Positions 10,673-21,106 of a stretch of DNA of 64,000 bases are shown here, one piece after another. Under the pieces are notes generated by a model. That model searched no databases, had not been told where the DNA came from, and saw only the letters and a program-made list of their open reading frames with translations. The translations under genes and the position numbers were made by a program. The stretch comes from Nitrospirales bacterium (lineage in GTDB: Bacteria > Nitrospirota > Nitrospiria > Nitrospirales > UBA8639), in the NCBI GenBank assembly GCA_963555755.3, contig OY820905.2, forward strand, positions 4,000,001 through 4,064,000, read 5' to 3'. The stretch's first letter is position 1; each line of letters begins with the position of its first letter.

Positions 10673-11530
10673 ATGGCTGAGCAAAGTTTTGTGAAAAGCA
10701 TAGTTAAGAAAACGGTTGTCGGTGTGGTGATAGGGGTTGTGTTGGTGATTGTGGCTCAATACATCCACGTGGTGCTCAATTTAGTGACTGGTGCGACTGG
10801 TGAGGATGAATTTCATCCCTTTCCTCAAGTGTTCCAGATTATGTTCTTTATTTATGCGATGTTGGGAGCCTTTGTCTTTATTTTATTGGATGCTCCCCCT
10901 ATGCCACGTGTTGAAGGTGTTAAAGCGATCATTAGTCTTCTCATTTTCTATGTCGTCCTGTCCGGGGCCTACATTGGTGGCGCGAGCATTCTGCCGCAGT
11001 ACGATCCTGAAATTGAAAAGGGAAAAATTACCAAGGTCTTGAAACTGCGGAAAGCGAGATCCCAGCAGGGTAAAGCCGAAGAGTTGATTGCCCGAGCCAA
11101 AGTCTTGAATGAACGGGCCAGATCTATTGAACAACAGTTACGGGCTCTTGGTGGCGCGAAGATTGTCGTGGAAGTAGAGTCCGGTCCAGCGTCAGGTGCT
11201 GCGGCAGGTGATTTGGTGGCTTTGGGCCTAGAGCAGTGGGATCTTCAGGAATGTTACAATTGTCACAAACTCTTTGGTAAAGGCGGGAAAAAACGCGGGC
11301 CGAAGATGGATAATATTGGAAATCTCATGACCCCTGAACAATTGAGAGAAAAAATTCTGTATCCCAAGAGTTGGAAGGCCGAGGGGTTTGATAAGCAGTT
11401 CAAGAAAGGCAAAATGCCGGACAAATATAAAGATCTGATGTTCGATGAGGAGGTTGATGCTCTCGTGGCTTTTCTCGCGACGCTCAAAGACGCATCGGTA
11501 GACACGCCGAAGCCCATCAAGATGAAATAA
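10673..11530 (+). CDS. Membrane-anchored cytochrome c
   Basis: Three N-terminal hydrophobic helices; CYNCH; KMP. Confidence 0.88.
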   Translation: MAEQSFVKSIVKKTVVGVVIGVVLVIVAQYIHVVLNLVTGATGEDEFHPFPQVFQIMFFIYAMLGAFVFILLDAPPMPRVEGVKAIISLLIFYVVLSGAYIGGASILPQYDPEIEKGKITKVLKLRKARSQQGKAEELIARAKVLNERARSIEQQLRALGGAKIVVEVESGPASGAAAGDLVALGLEQWDLQECYNCHKLFGKGGKKRGPKMDNIGNLMTPEQLREKILYPKSWKAEGFDKQFKKGKMPDKYKDLMFDEEVDALVAFLATLKDASVDTPKPIKMK

Positions 11531-11554
11531 ATATCCATAAGGTCTTGTCATCGT

Positions 11555-12499
11555 ATGCAACCAAAATTAGCAGCAAAAGCACGGTGTTCGGACGGAGAAG
11601 TTGGGAAGATTTCCAAGGTTATTCTTGACCCGCTTTCTCGCGAAATCAGTCATGTCGTCGTGAGTGAGTACAGCGGTCAGAGAATGGATCGGCAAGTTCC
11701 TGTTAGCCAGATCCAAGAGGTTCCCAATGAAGAGGAGGTTGTCCTCCGGTGCTCATCGGCAGAGTTTGGGCAATTTCCTGTGCTGGACCGTGATTGTTAC
11801 GTGACGATTCACGATCTTGAAATAGCCCATCTTGAAGACAATCTGCATGTGGAACCTGGCGAAATCCTCGTTCCGTATCCGAGACTTGAGCATGGCATTC
11901 CACGCCGAAGTTTTTTTGCCAATATGACCCATGCGATCGGTGCATTAATTGCCTTGCCATTCGCCTATCCCGTGCTGAAATTTATCATGCAGCCTATGTA
12001 TAGGCCGTGGGATAATTCTTGGTTTTCAGTCGGAAATGTCAAAAAGATAAAAAAAGAAAATATTGGCTACCAGTTTAAGTTTACCCGTGGATTTAAAGAA
12101 GCGTTTATGCCCGAGCAGCAGATTGAAAAAAATATTTGGGTCGTCAAAGCCACCCCTGAAGTTCAAAAAGCAGTATACGGGGGGAAGGATAAAAAGTTCC
12201 ACGACGATAAAGGTGAGGTGGTCTGGGTCAATAAAGCCAATAACCCGTATATTGGCTTTTCTGGAAAATGTCCGCATCTAGGGTGTGGATATAAATGGCG
12301 AAGAACGAAGAATTACCCGGATGGGGTGTTTTTGTGTCCCTGTCATTTGAGTCTTTACGATGAAGCCGGAATGGTGATTGATGGCCCAGCCCCTAGGGCC
12401 TTGGATGTCCTGCCGATGGAAGTGAATGCGGCCGGGGAAGTCAAGATCATCGATGTTGAATATAAAGCCGGTGTTAAAAAACAAATACGACTTCTTTAA
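11555..12499 (+). CDS. qcrA: Rieske Fe-S subunit of a cytochrome bc complex, with N-terminal PRC-barrel-like domain
   Basis: CPHLGC and CPCH boxes, GPAPRAL; internal RRSFF followed by a TM helix. Confidence 0.9.
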   Translation: MQPKLAAKARCSDGEVGKISKVILDPLSREISHVVVSEYSGQRMDRQVPVSQIQEVPNEEEVVLRCSSAEFGQFPVLDRDCYVTIHDLEIAHLEDNLHVEPGEILVPYPRLEHGIPRRSFFANMTHAIGALIALPFAYPVLKFIMQPMYRPWDNSWFSVGNVKKIKKENIGYQFKFTRGFKEAFMPEQQIEKNIWVVKATPEVQKAVYGGKDKKFHDDKGEVVWVNKANNPYIGFSGKCPHLGCGYKWRRTKNYPDGVFLCPCHLSLYDEAGMVIDGPAPRALDVLPMEVNAAGEVKIIDVEYKAGVKKQIRLL

Positions 12500-12516
12500 A
12501 TGTACATAAGGTATTC

Positions 12517-13629
12517 ATGAGCGGCCCCCCAGATCCAGTGAACGAACCCAACGTGTTTGAAAAAGTTGTCGACTTTGTCGACGAGCGAGTTGGCTTAAAA
12601 ACCATTCAGGCTAAAATGTTGAATGAGCCCGTTCCTGGCGGCTCTCGATGGGCCTATGCGTTTGGGTCTGTCCTGCTCTTTATTTTTATCTTACAAGTGG
12701 TCACGGGCATCTTGTTGATGTTTTACTATGTGCCCAGCACGGACCATGCCTATGCCAGCACTCAATACATTATTCATGAAGTGGATTACGGATGGTTCCT
12801 GCTGAGCTACCATTTCTGGGGATCATCGGCAATGGTCGTGATGGTTTTTGCCCATATGTCCCAGGTCTTTCTGTGGGGAGCCTATAAGAAACCCCGTGAA
12901 TTGGTGTGGTTGGTGGGGCTAGCCCTCTTTGGGATTGTGATGGCGTTTGGGTTTACGGGGTATCTACTCCCTTGGGATCAACGGGCTTTTTGGGCCACGG
13001 TGGTAGGCGTCGAGATCATGGACAAAACTCCCCTCATTGGAGATTTCATGGCTCGCTTTTTGAAGGGTGGCCCCACACCCGGGCAAATGACTATCAGCCG
13101 GTTTTTTGTGATTCATGTGATGGTTCTTCCGGGCGCCTTGATGGGTCTGGCTGGTCTCCACATCTTTTTATTCCGTAAGGCAGGGCCTGCAGGGCCATTC
13201 AGGGGAACACCCGAGGAACTCAAAGCCAAGACGGATTATTTTTTCCCAAGGCAGATCTGGAAAGATATCGTGGCGATGGCCTCGGTATTCCTGATTATTT
13301 GCAGTTTGGCGTTTATTGAACCGGTCGTGTTATTGGAAGAGGCCACCCCTGATCCTGGTGACTACCACCCCGAGCCGGAATGGTATTTTTTGTTTCTGTT
13401 TCAGCTCTTACGTTTAAAAATCTTTGGTGGGGAAATTGGGCAATTTTTTGGATCTATCGCCCTTCCAGGCGCATTTATGGCGTTATTGGCGGTGCTCCCA
13501 TTTATTGATACAAGCCCAGAGCGTAATATTTTTAAACGGCCTGCGTCTTTGATTGGGTGGATTCTTGTCATGCTCATGATTCTTGTCTTTACCGTTTCGG
13601 CTATCATTAATAGAGAGTTTCTTGATTAA
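12517..13629 (+). CDS. qcrB: Cytochrome b subunit of a cytochrome bc complex
   Basis: Four heme His (YHFW, AHMS, IHVM, LHIF), GYLLPWDQ, PEWY. Confidence 0.93.
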   Translation: MSGPPDPVNEPNVFEKVVDFVDERVGLKTIQAKMLNEPVPGGSRWAYAFGSVLLFIFILQVVTGILLMFYYVPSTDHAYASTQYIIHEVDYGWFLLSYHFWGSSAMVVMVFAHMSQVFLWGAYKKPRELVWLVGLALFGIVMAFGFTGYLLPWDQRAFWATVVGVEIMDKTPLIGDFMARFLKGGPTPGQMTISRFFVIHVMVLPGALMGLAGLHIFLFRKAGPAGPFRGTPEELKAKTDYFFPRQIWKDIVAMASVFLIICSLAFIEPVVLLEEATPDPGDYHPEPEWYFLFLFQLLRLKIFGGEIGQFFGSIALPGAFMALLAVLPFIDTSPERNIFKRPASLIGWILVMLMILVFTVSAIINREFLD

Positions 13630-13635
13630 ACCCTT

Positions 13636-14496
13636 ATGTCGAATGTCAAACTAGGGCTTCTTGTTTTTTGGCCGACCTTTTGGACGGGCTTTCCCTTAAA
13701 AATGGTGATCGTCCTTCTCCTTCTGGCTGCCCATATTCATCCCTGGGAAGGAACTGGTCTTGCGGCATTGTTGCTTCTTTCCATTCCCATCGACATTTGG
13801 GCCCTTGGCTTATGCGCACGAACCGTTTTTCTTGAAAGACTGAGTCTCGATTCACCAAAAGGCATGGGTCTTCGTTTATGGGCGCACTGGGCGGTTTTTT
13901 CTGCTATTTATCTTCCTCTTTTGTTTTTTATCGTTGGTGGAGCGAAAGCCCTGGCCATCTCCGCGACCGAAGCGACGATCCATTTTGTGGAAGAAAGTTT
14001 TATGGTGATTCCCATTGCGGAAAAGATTACCTTAGAGTTGCTCATGTGGTCTACGCCAACAACACTCGTTCTGATTGCCATGTTGTGTGGATGGATGGTT
14101 GGGCTAGGGGCCTTGACCCAACGCCAGGTTCGAGCCTCGACTCCGGTGGGTGGCACGTTTCAGGACATCGTGTATCAATGGGATTCCATTCGAATTCCCA
14201 AAGACCAACCGTTGTTATTGACTGCTTTTATGGGAGTGGGAGTGGTGTTGGTTGTGCTGTTTTGGGGATTGATCCCAGTGAGTACTCCCCATCCGCATGA
14301 AGACTACGAATTCATTAATGTTAAAAAAGTCGAAAAGAGAATCGTTCCCAAGGATGTCCTGAAAAGCGCAGCGAAAGTCCTGGCTCGTGCAGAAGCTACC
14401 ATAATAGAGTTAGAAAAAAAGAATCTAGAAGGTGACAAATCTAAGGACGATAAAAAGACGGCGGCCAAGGAAGAGCCGAAACCTTCACCCAAATAA
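13636..14496 (+). CDS. Membrane protein of unknown function
   Basis: Several TM helices; tightly coupled within the operon. Confidence 0.8.
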   Translation: MSNVKLGLLVFWPTFWTGFPLKMVIVLLLLAAHIHPWEGTGLAALLLLSIPIDIWALGLCARTVFLERLSLDSPKGMGLRLWAHWAVFSAIYLPLLFFIVGGAKALAISATEATIHFVEESFMVIPIAEKITLELLMWSTPTTLVLIAMLCGWMVGLGALTQRQVRASTPVGGTFQDIVYQWDSIRIPKDQPLLLTAFMGVGVVLVVLFWGLIPVSTPHPHEDYEFINVKKVEKRIVPKDVLKSAAKVLARAEATIIELEKKNLEGDKSKDDKKTAAKEEPKPSPK

Positions 14497-14568
14497 GATC
14501 AACGCCATGACCATCGAGAACATGATCTTTACCAGCTTTATAGGTGACACATCGATGAGGGAACACAT

Positions 14569-16479
14569 ATGAAAAACCACGACACATTAAAACTTCAGTC
14601 CTGGTTGCCAAAGGTGAAAGCATCATCCCTCTCTGGGTGGAGTGTCTTTTTGGCATTTCTTCTCCTTCCAGCATTCGTCTGGGCTCAAGATGCTGCGACG
14701 CTCGCGATGTCGGTGGAATATCGTGATGTTCCAGGAATTGGGAGTCGCAATCTTATATGGATCGTGGCCCAACAACATTTGCTGTTAGCTGGGTTTGTAC
14801 TTGGGGTGCCAATCTTTGCCTGGATCTGTGAAATCGTGGGATGGAAGACCAATGAACCTCGATACGACAAACTCGCAAAAGAATTTACGAAACTATTGAC
14901 GTCAGCCTATGCCACGACAGCGTTGTTTGGTGGAATTCTGCTTTTCCTATTGATTGGGCTGTATCCCAAACTCATGGCGTATCTCTCCGACATCTTTTTC
15001 CCTTCCTTTATTGCCTACTCTATCTTATTCCTTCTCGAAACCGCCACATTGTATTTGTATTGGTATGGGTGGGATGTCATGCAAGGAAACAAAAAGGTCT
15101 TTCATCTCTTTTTGGGATTCCTGCTGAACTTATTTGCGTTGGGCATCATGATGATTCCCAATAGCTGGGCGACCTTCCAAGCCAGCCCTGTCGTGGTGAC
15201 GGATGGTACGGCAATCGAACGGGCTTGGGCGGCTATGCAAAATCCGACCTGGTGGCCGGTCAATATCCACCGGTTTATTGCCAATATCGTGTTGGGTGGT
15301 TTCATTTGCGGGGCCTATGCAGGGGTACGGTATCTTCTAGCTGCCACGAAAGAAGAACGAGAACGCTACGACTGGATGGGATATGTCGGGAACTTCATCG
15401 GAGTGTTTGGCATGCTCCCCCTTCCCTTCGCGGGTTATTGGTTGATGCGGGAGGTCTATCAATATAATCAGCAAATGGGCATTACTTTGATGGGAGGATT
15501 TTTAGCCTGGCTCTTTATTCTCCAAGCCATGTTGATTGGCGTGCTCTTCCTAGGCGCGAACTATTATTTCTGGATGGGCATTACGTATCGGGTTCCGGGA
15601 GTTGCGGAGAGTTACAAAAAACCCATTTTGGCGATGCTCATTGTCTTGATGGTTTCCCTGGCAGTGTGGATGACTCCTCATTCCCTTGTGGCGAGCCTTC
15701 AGGAAGCTCGGCAAATGGGTGGAACCCACCATCCATTGCTTGGGGTCTTTGGCGTCATGTCAGCCAAGATGACCGTGGCAAATCTCATGATTCTGGTGAC
15801 CTTCATAAGTTTCCTCATGTATTGGCGTGCTGGTAAACAAGAAACCGCTGCATGGGCCAAAATAGCGAAGGCGGTCATGGGGGCCTTGCTCGTCATCGCG
15901 GGGCTTGCGGTGATTGTCTTGGGTGTATGGGGATATTTTGTTCCGGCCATCATTCGGATCAATTACTTCTCGGTGGCCCAGGTGCTCATTGTCTTGTTTA
16001 TCATGGTCACGTTTACCCCCTTGACGGCCCTATTGATGAAAAGTGCGAAAACCACGACTGAAATGGTTTGGGGTCAAATGCCTATTAGGGCGGGATATAC
16101 ACTCGTATCCAATGCCGTCATGGTCATTTTGCTAATGTCCCTCATGGGTTACGCCCGATCGTCTTCACGAGTGCATTGGCACATCTATGGCGTGATGCGT
16201 GATACATCTGAGTATGCCTATTCCCCGGCACTCGGGTATGCTGCGGCCTTTATGTCGCTGAATACCTTTGTGTTCTGTATGATAGTGGCGTTTATTTTTT
16301 GGGTGGCCACCATGGGGGATAAGGCCACACAAGGCCCGGAACAAGGACAACCTGAAGAAAGTCTGGCGAAAATTCCTGGAGGAGTGGCTCCGGCCATGGC
16401 AGGCGGATCCCCACGTGAAGGACAGACATTCGTGAATCAAGTTCCTATGAATCTTCCTAACAAGAATGAGGACACATGA
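14569..16479 (+). CDS. Second cytochrome bd-like (CydA-related) subunit
   Basis: Paralogous to 8913-10652 (AQQHLLLAGFVLGVP, NIHRFIAN, YDWMG, WMTPH); extra THHP motif. Confidence 0.8.
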   Translation: MKNHDTLKLQSWLPKVKASSLSGWSVFLAFLLLPAFVWAQDAATLAMSVEYRDVPGIGSRNLIWIVAQQHLLLAGFVLGVPIFAWICEIVGWKTNEPRYDKLAKEFTKLLTSAYATTALFGGILLFLLIGLYPKLMAYLSDIFFPSFIAYSILFLLETATLYLYWYGWDVMQGNKKVFHLFLGFLLNLFALGIMMIPNSWATFQASPVVVTDGTAIERAWAAMQNPTWWPVNIHRFIANIVLGGFICGAYAGVRYLLAATKEERERYDWMGYVGNFIGVFGMLPLPFAGYWLMREVYQYNQQMGITLMGGFLAWLFILQAMLIGVLFLGANYYFWMGITYRVPGVAESYKKPILAMLIVLMVSLAVWMTPHSLVASLQEARQMGGTHHPLLGVFGVMSAKMTVANLMILVTFISFLMYWRAGKQETAAWAKIAKAVMGALLVIAGLAVIVLGVWGYFVPAIIRINYFSVAQVLIVLFIMVTFTPLTALLMKSAKTTTEMVWGQMPIRAGYTLVSNAVMVILLMSLMGYARSSSRVHWHIYGVMRDTSEYAYSPALGYAAAFMSLNTFVFCMIVAFIFWVATMGDKATQGPEQGQPEESLAKIPGGVAPAMAGGSPREGQTFVNQVPMNLPNKNEDT

Positions 16480-17081
16480 GTGAAGTTGCCTTACTTCAAT
16501 TGATTGGGCTGTGTGTGGTTGGAACAGGGATTCTCATTCTCCTTTTCATCAAAGCCATGTTTGTCCGGGTCCTAGGATTTGTGATTATTATGTTAGGGGT
16601 CTTTACCCTGATCGCGCTAGGGGTTCCCCAAATGGCTTCTCTTCCGCCGGCGGTGGAATCATTTGATATTGCGAGTGTCAAGACACCGGATGATTTGGCC
16701 TCAATTGGACAGAAAATATTTTTCAGCAAAGGGCAATGTGCCTTGTGTCATTCGATCGGTCCGAGTGAGTCGGCTCGATGCCCAGACCTGGCGGGAATTG
16801 GTGCCAAACTGGCCCCTGAATTTATTTATGAAAGTTTAACGCAGCCCCAGGCTTATGTTTACCAAGATTATCGTCACGAGGGACTTCCTGAGGAATATCC
16901 TGCTCGAATGCCCCATATCAATAAAAACCCCATTGCCCTTTCCGAGCAAGAAATTTACTCGGTCATCGCCTTCCTGCAAAAAATGAGTGGGGAACCCATT
17001 AGCATCAAGGTAGAAGATGTCATGAACATAGATGCGGGGGAAATGAAAGTCGCTTTGTTAGCGGGGCATGGTGGGAATTAA
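16476..17081 (+). CDS. Membrane-anchored cytochrome c
   Basis: Two TM helices, KGQCALCH, ARMP. Confidence 0.88.
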   Translation: MSEVALLQLIGLCVVGTGILILLFIKAMFVRVLGFVIIMLGVFTLIALGVPQMASLPPAVESFDIASVKTPDDLASIGQKIFFSKGQCALCHSIGPSESARCPDLAGIGAKLAPEFIYESLTQPQAYVYQDYRHEGLPEEYPARMPHINKNPIALSEQEIYSVIAFLQKMSGEPISIKVEDVMNIDAGEMKVALLAGHGGN

Positions 17082-17140
17082 TCGAATTAGAAGTGCACAT
17101 AGATAGCCGGTTATTCACAGCGTAAATAGGAGAGTGACAC

Positions 17141-17866
17141 ATGAAAGGCCCACTTTTTAATACAGCGGTCGTGTTGGCCGGTATTTACGTGTTCCTCAAG
17201 TTCATTCTCCCCCTGTTCACCGCGCCACTCCCCGCGAGCCTAATATTTTTGTATCTCGCGCTAACCTTAGGTGCCCTCATGATATTTTACACGATGAGTG
17301 GGGAATCACTTGAGGCCTTTATGGGCCCGGTTCACCGATTTTTGGTTGGAGAAGGTCAAACCGGTGTCGCAAATATTGCGAGGCTCCTGGTGTTCATTGT
17401 GTTTCCACTGCTCGTTGGATGGCAAACCTATACCAAGTTAGCGCCAAGCGATGACCCACCCCCAGAAAGCCGGACCATCCATCCAGCACCACCTGGGGAG
17501 TTTGTGGGATTGGCGAATCCGTATCCTAAAAATAACCAAACAATTCAGGAAGGTAAGGGAATTTATGCATCCAACTGTTCGCCTTGCCATGGAGAAAATT
17601 TTGATGGAAAAGGTTTAGCGGCTGTAGGGTTTAATCCCCCCCCAGCAAATTTCAGTGATCCGGGAACCATTGCGCAGCTTCAAGAATCGTATCTCTTCTG
17701 GCGCATCAAGAAGGGCGGAGTGGGTTTACCGGTTGAGGGAATGCCATGGAAATCGGCTATGCCTCGATGGGAACACGAATTGTCTGATGAGAAAATCTGG
17801 AAGGTGATTATTGGAGAATATGATGGTGCTCATCAGTCGCCGAGAACGTGGGAAGAAGAAGAATAA
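17141..17866 (+). CDS. Membrane-anchored cytochrome c
   Basis: TM helices, CSPCHG, SAMPRW. Confidence 0.88.
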   Translation: MKGPLFNTAVVLAGIYVFLKFILPLFTAPLPASLIFLYLALTLGALMIFYTMSGESLEAFMGPVHRFLVGEGQTGVANIARLLVFIVFPLLVGWQTYTKLAPSDDPPPESRTIHPAPPGEFVGLANPYPKNNQTIQEGKGIYASNCSPCHGENFDGKGLAAVGFNPPPANFSDPGTIAQLQESYLFWRIKKGGVGLPVEGMPWKSAMPRWEHELSDEKIWKVIIGEYDGAHQSPRTWEEEE

Positions 17867-17925
17867 AAGGACGCAGACCCATAGGGTATGGCTTGTTACT
17901 ACCTAGGAATGTGAGGAGTCTTAAC

Positions 17926-18765
17926 ATGGCAGGTCGAAAAATACTCATGGTGGCTCTGGTTACCACCCTTTGGTATGGATGGCTGGGAGCTTCATGGGTT
18001 TTTCCCAGTGATCCTCCGCCAGCAGGAGAAGAACTAGAGAGCGTAGCGGTTCGTGTGTATCTGACAGAAGGGGCCCTTCCTTCGGACGATCCACACTCCG
18101 CAGTGTGGGATTCCGCGGCGCCTTCAGAATTTAAATTAGCTCCGCAGGTGCATTGGCCGGATCGGATTCAAGAAGCTACGGTGAAATCAGTAAAAGTTCG
18201 AGGCCTTCATAATGGTCAAGACGTTGCAATTCTTGTGGAGTACCAGGATCCGACAGAAGATGCTGCGGATGCGGCAGCCTTAGAGTTCATGGTTGGAGAC
18301 AAGAAGGCACATTTTGCGCATGGCCAGGAACTGCTCCAGGTTGAAGGCGGTCCGGTCAATATTTGGTACTGGAAAAAAGCCAACGGTAAAGGGACCGACA
18401 TGAGCGCCAAAGGTTTTAAGACTCTTCGGCCTCAGGATCAGCAGGATGTGTCTGCAACGGGTGCGTGGCAGGATGGGACCTGGAAGGTGGTATTTTCACG
18501 CCCCTTAGAGACAGGTGATGAGCATGATGTCCAGATCAATCCAGGTGAATGGATCAGCGTGGCGTTTGCGTTTTGGGATGGACAAATTGTGGATGGGGCT
18601 ATCAAGGAACAAGGTTCACAGAAGGCGGTCTCTTCTTGGTGGTATATCCGTGCCGAACCGCAGCCAGATAATTCTATATATGGCTATGTCGTGTTGGGCA
18701 TTGCGATGGCTGTAGGCTTTGAATTTTTCTTGATACGGAAAATCCGAAGAGGTAATCAGGCATGA
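17926..18765 (+). CDS. EbdC/NxrC-like (DMSO reductase type II heme b subunit family) protein
   Basis: Signal peptide, VNIWYWK, GTWKVVFSRPL, VAFAFWDG, QKAVSSW, C-terminal TM anchor. Confidence 0.75.
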   Translation: MAGRKILMVALVTTLWYGWLGASWVFPSDPPPAGEELESVAVRVYLTEGALPSDDPHSAVWDSAAPSEFKLAPQVHWPDRIQEATVKSVKVRGLHNGQDVAILVEYQDPTEDAADAAALEFMVGDKKAHFAHGQELLQVEGGPVNIWYWKKANGKGTDMSAKGFKTLRPQDQQDVSATGAWQDGTWKVVFSRPLETGDEHDVQINPGEWISVAFAFWDGQIVDGAIKEQGSQKAVSSWWYIRAEPQPDNSIYGYVVLGIAMAVGFEFFLIRKIRRGNQA

Positions 18766-19796
18766 AGGGGGAACGAGCCATGCAGCGGGTACTGAGCAGG
18801 GTCGCAATCGGTGTAGCGGTGATGTTTGCGGTGACAAGCGGTTGTGCCTTGTTTGAAGATGAGAGGACCACAAAAGGCCGAAAGCTCTACCACCATTATT
18901 GCATGCACTGTCATGGGGAAAATGGGCAACAGGCCGAAGGGTTCAACTGGGACCGCATGCCCGATCCTCGTCCACGGGATTTATCAGAAGACGCAACGAT
19001 GTCCACATTTTCGGATAAAGAAATTTTCGATACCATCTCCCGTGACATGAGAGATACCTCTCTTCAAGAAGTGAATGATGATATGAATTACTTCGCCGTG
19101 GCCACGATGCCAACGTTTAAATATACCCTTTCGGAAGAAGAAATCTGGGCTGTAGTGGGCTATGTTCGAACTCTCCATGGTGGTGATTTCAGCTTTGATT
19201 TGGAAAGTCGACGCCAGCAATTAGAGACTAGCTACCAAGATGCCAAACAAGCATTAGATATTGCCAACCAAGCATTAGAAGCGGTGGAGGAAAAACGAGA
19301 CGCTGAAATCGAAGCCGAGGAAGCCGCTGCCGAGGCAGCGGGAGACGAAGATTTTGAGGCTGAGGAAATTGAGCTTCCTGAAGAGGAATTAGCAATACAA
19401 GCAGAGATCAAACACGATGAAGCGAAGGCAGCGTTTGAAAATTTCACCAAGCGGCCCAAACGTTTCAGCATTGCCCGTCCGGATTTAACAGTCGCTGACG
19501 ATGAACGTGAGGCCCTTGAAGAAGAAGGCAAGCACCTTTATTCCAATAAATATGGGTGTAATGGCTGTCACAGTATTGGCGATGTGGGTGGCTTGGTGGG
19601 CCCGGCTTTAGACCGTGCCGGATTCCGGCTCAATGATACCTGGGTGTATCGCTGGATCCGGTATCCCCAAGGAATAAAAAAGCACACGCGGATGCCGAAC
19701 TTAGGCTTCAATGATCATGATGCAAGAGCAGTGACCGCTTACATTGAGACCTTGCGAGCCCCCAAACCTGACAAACCGATTCCACCACCAGAATAA
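18762..19796 (+). CDS. Diheme cytochrome c lipoprotein
   Basis: Lipobox TSGC; CMHCH and CNGCH separated by an acidic coiled linker. Confidence 0.9.
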   Translation: MKGERAMQRVLSRVAIGVAVMFAVTSGCALFEDERTTKGRKLYHHYCMHCHGENGQQAEGFNWDRMPDPRPRDLSEDATMSTFSDKEIFDTISRDMRDTSLQEVNDDMNYFAVATMPTFKYTLSEEEIWAVVGYVRTLHGGDFSFDLESRRQQLETSYQDAKQALDIANQALEAVEEKRDAEIEAEEAAAEAAGDEDFEAEEIELPEEELAIQAEIKHDEAKAAFENFTKRPKRFSIARPDLTVADDEREALEEEGKHLYSNKYGCNGCHSIGDVGGLVGPALDRAGFRLNDTWVYRWIRYPQGIKKHTRMPNLGFNDHDARAVTAYIETLRAPKPDKPIPPPE

Positions 19797-19824
19797 ACGT
19801 TTCGGGATTAATTCAAAATTCACT

Positions 19825-19849
19825 AAAAAGGCCGCTCTGCGGCCTTTTT
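19825..19849. terminator. Bidirectional intrinsic terminator
   Basis: AAAAAGGCCGC-TCT-GCGGCCTTTTT between convergent genes. Confidence 0.85.
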
Positions 19850-19882
19850 ATTTTTTCCCCACAATGTGGGGTTTAGAACCAT

Positions 19883-20782
19883 CTACAATGTTCCTAGCCA
19901 AATTCCGCCTAAAATAACAAGTCCTACTCCGACATGTTGCTTGAACATGGCGAAGGCCTCTGACGGGTTCACCTCTGTTCGTAAACGCCACACTTGTTGA
20001 CTTAAAAACCCTGCCAGCCCGGCGAGTACTCCATAGAAAGCCAGGTTGAGATGTTCCAGCCATCCGGCAACGCCGAGAAACGCGACCATCCCGATTTCAA
20101 AAATCCCCACAGCTACCCAGGCGTGTGATCCAAAAAGTATCGCGGACGATTTCACTCCGACTTGAATGTCGTCGTTCCGATCTTGGAGGGCATAGATGGT
20201 GTCATACGCTACCGCCCAGCAAATAGTGGCGGCAAACAGAAGCCAAGCAGAGGGTTCCAACTGATTGCGCGTGGCGGCCCAGGCCATCACCGCTCCCCAT
20301 CCGAAAGCCAATCCCAAAAAAAATTGAGGGACATGAAAGAAGCGTTTGGTAAATGGGTAGAATGTGGCAAGTCCAAGGGCAATGGGGCTGAGCCATATTG
20401 TCAGTCGATTTAAAAAAACCAGCAGGCCAACCGCAAGTACAAGGATGCCGCCGAGAAGCAGTAGTGCGTGAATGGGACGAAGGTCACCGCTGGCCAGCGG
20501 CCGGGTTTTGGTTCTGGTGATTTGTCGATCAAATGACTGATCGGCCAAATCATTCATAATCACTCCGGCGCTCCGCATGAGCAAGGCCCCAAGCGAAAAG
20601 ATGAGTAACAAGGACGGGGACGGTGTCCCGTTCGAGGCGAGGACCAAAGCCCAGAATGAGGGAAGTAGGAGGAGAAGGGTGCCGGTTTGATTTCGGAGTC
20701 GAATGAGTGAAGCCAAATGTGCGATGAAGGGGCCAGGCTGTGAGGACGGAAAAACGGAATGGCCTTGTCCTGAAGTGGGCAT
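19883..20782 (-). CDS. ubiA: 4-hydroxybenzoate polyprenyltransferase (start uncertain)
   Basis: RSAGVIMNDLADQSFD...RTKTRPLASG, YPFTKRF, YDTIYALQDRNDD. Confidence 0.9.
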   Translation of the reverse strand: MPTSGQGHSVFPSSQPGPFIAHLASLIRLRNQTGTLLLLLPSFWALVLASNGTPSPSLLLIFSLGALLMRSAGVIMNDLADQSFDRQITRTKTRPLASGDLRPIHALLLLGGILVLAVGLLVFLNRLTIWLSPIALGLATFYPFTKRFFHVPQFFLGLAFGWGAVMAWAATRNQLEPSAWLLFAATICWAVAYDTIYALQDRNDDIQVGVKSSAILFGSHAWVAVGIFEIGMVAFLGVAGWLEHLNLAFYGVLAGLAGFLSQQVWRLRTEVNPSEAFAMFKQHVGVGLVILGGIWLGTL

Positions 20783-21106
20783 CGACACAGACCTTAACCT
20801 AGGGAAAAAAAATCTGTCAACGACATGCGGATTCAACAGTGTTGTGATTCAAAAGAAACAGAACCCTAAGGACCTGAGGGAAAATAACTTGGACATCTCG
20901 CATCCAATCTTCGGGCCATCTTTGAACGGACCTCAATCGAAAAACCCTCAACATAGCTGTGCTATGTCTCGGGTTTTCCTCAATCGTTCCGTCCAAATCC
21001 GACCCAAATCTTGGCGCGATATTGTCCAAGTTATTTTCTCTCAGGTCCTAAGGCTCGGTGTGGTCACACCCGTGAAAGAGTTTTCTAAGAGATGGCTGGA
21101 GCGTTG

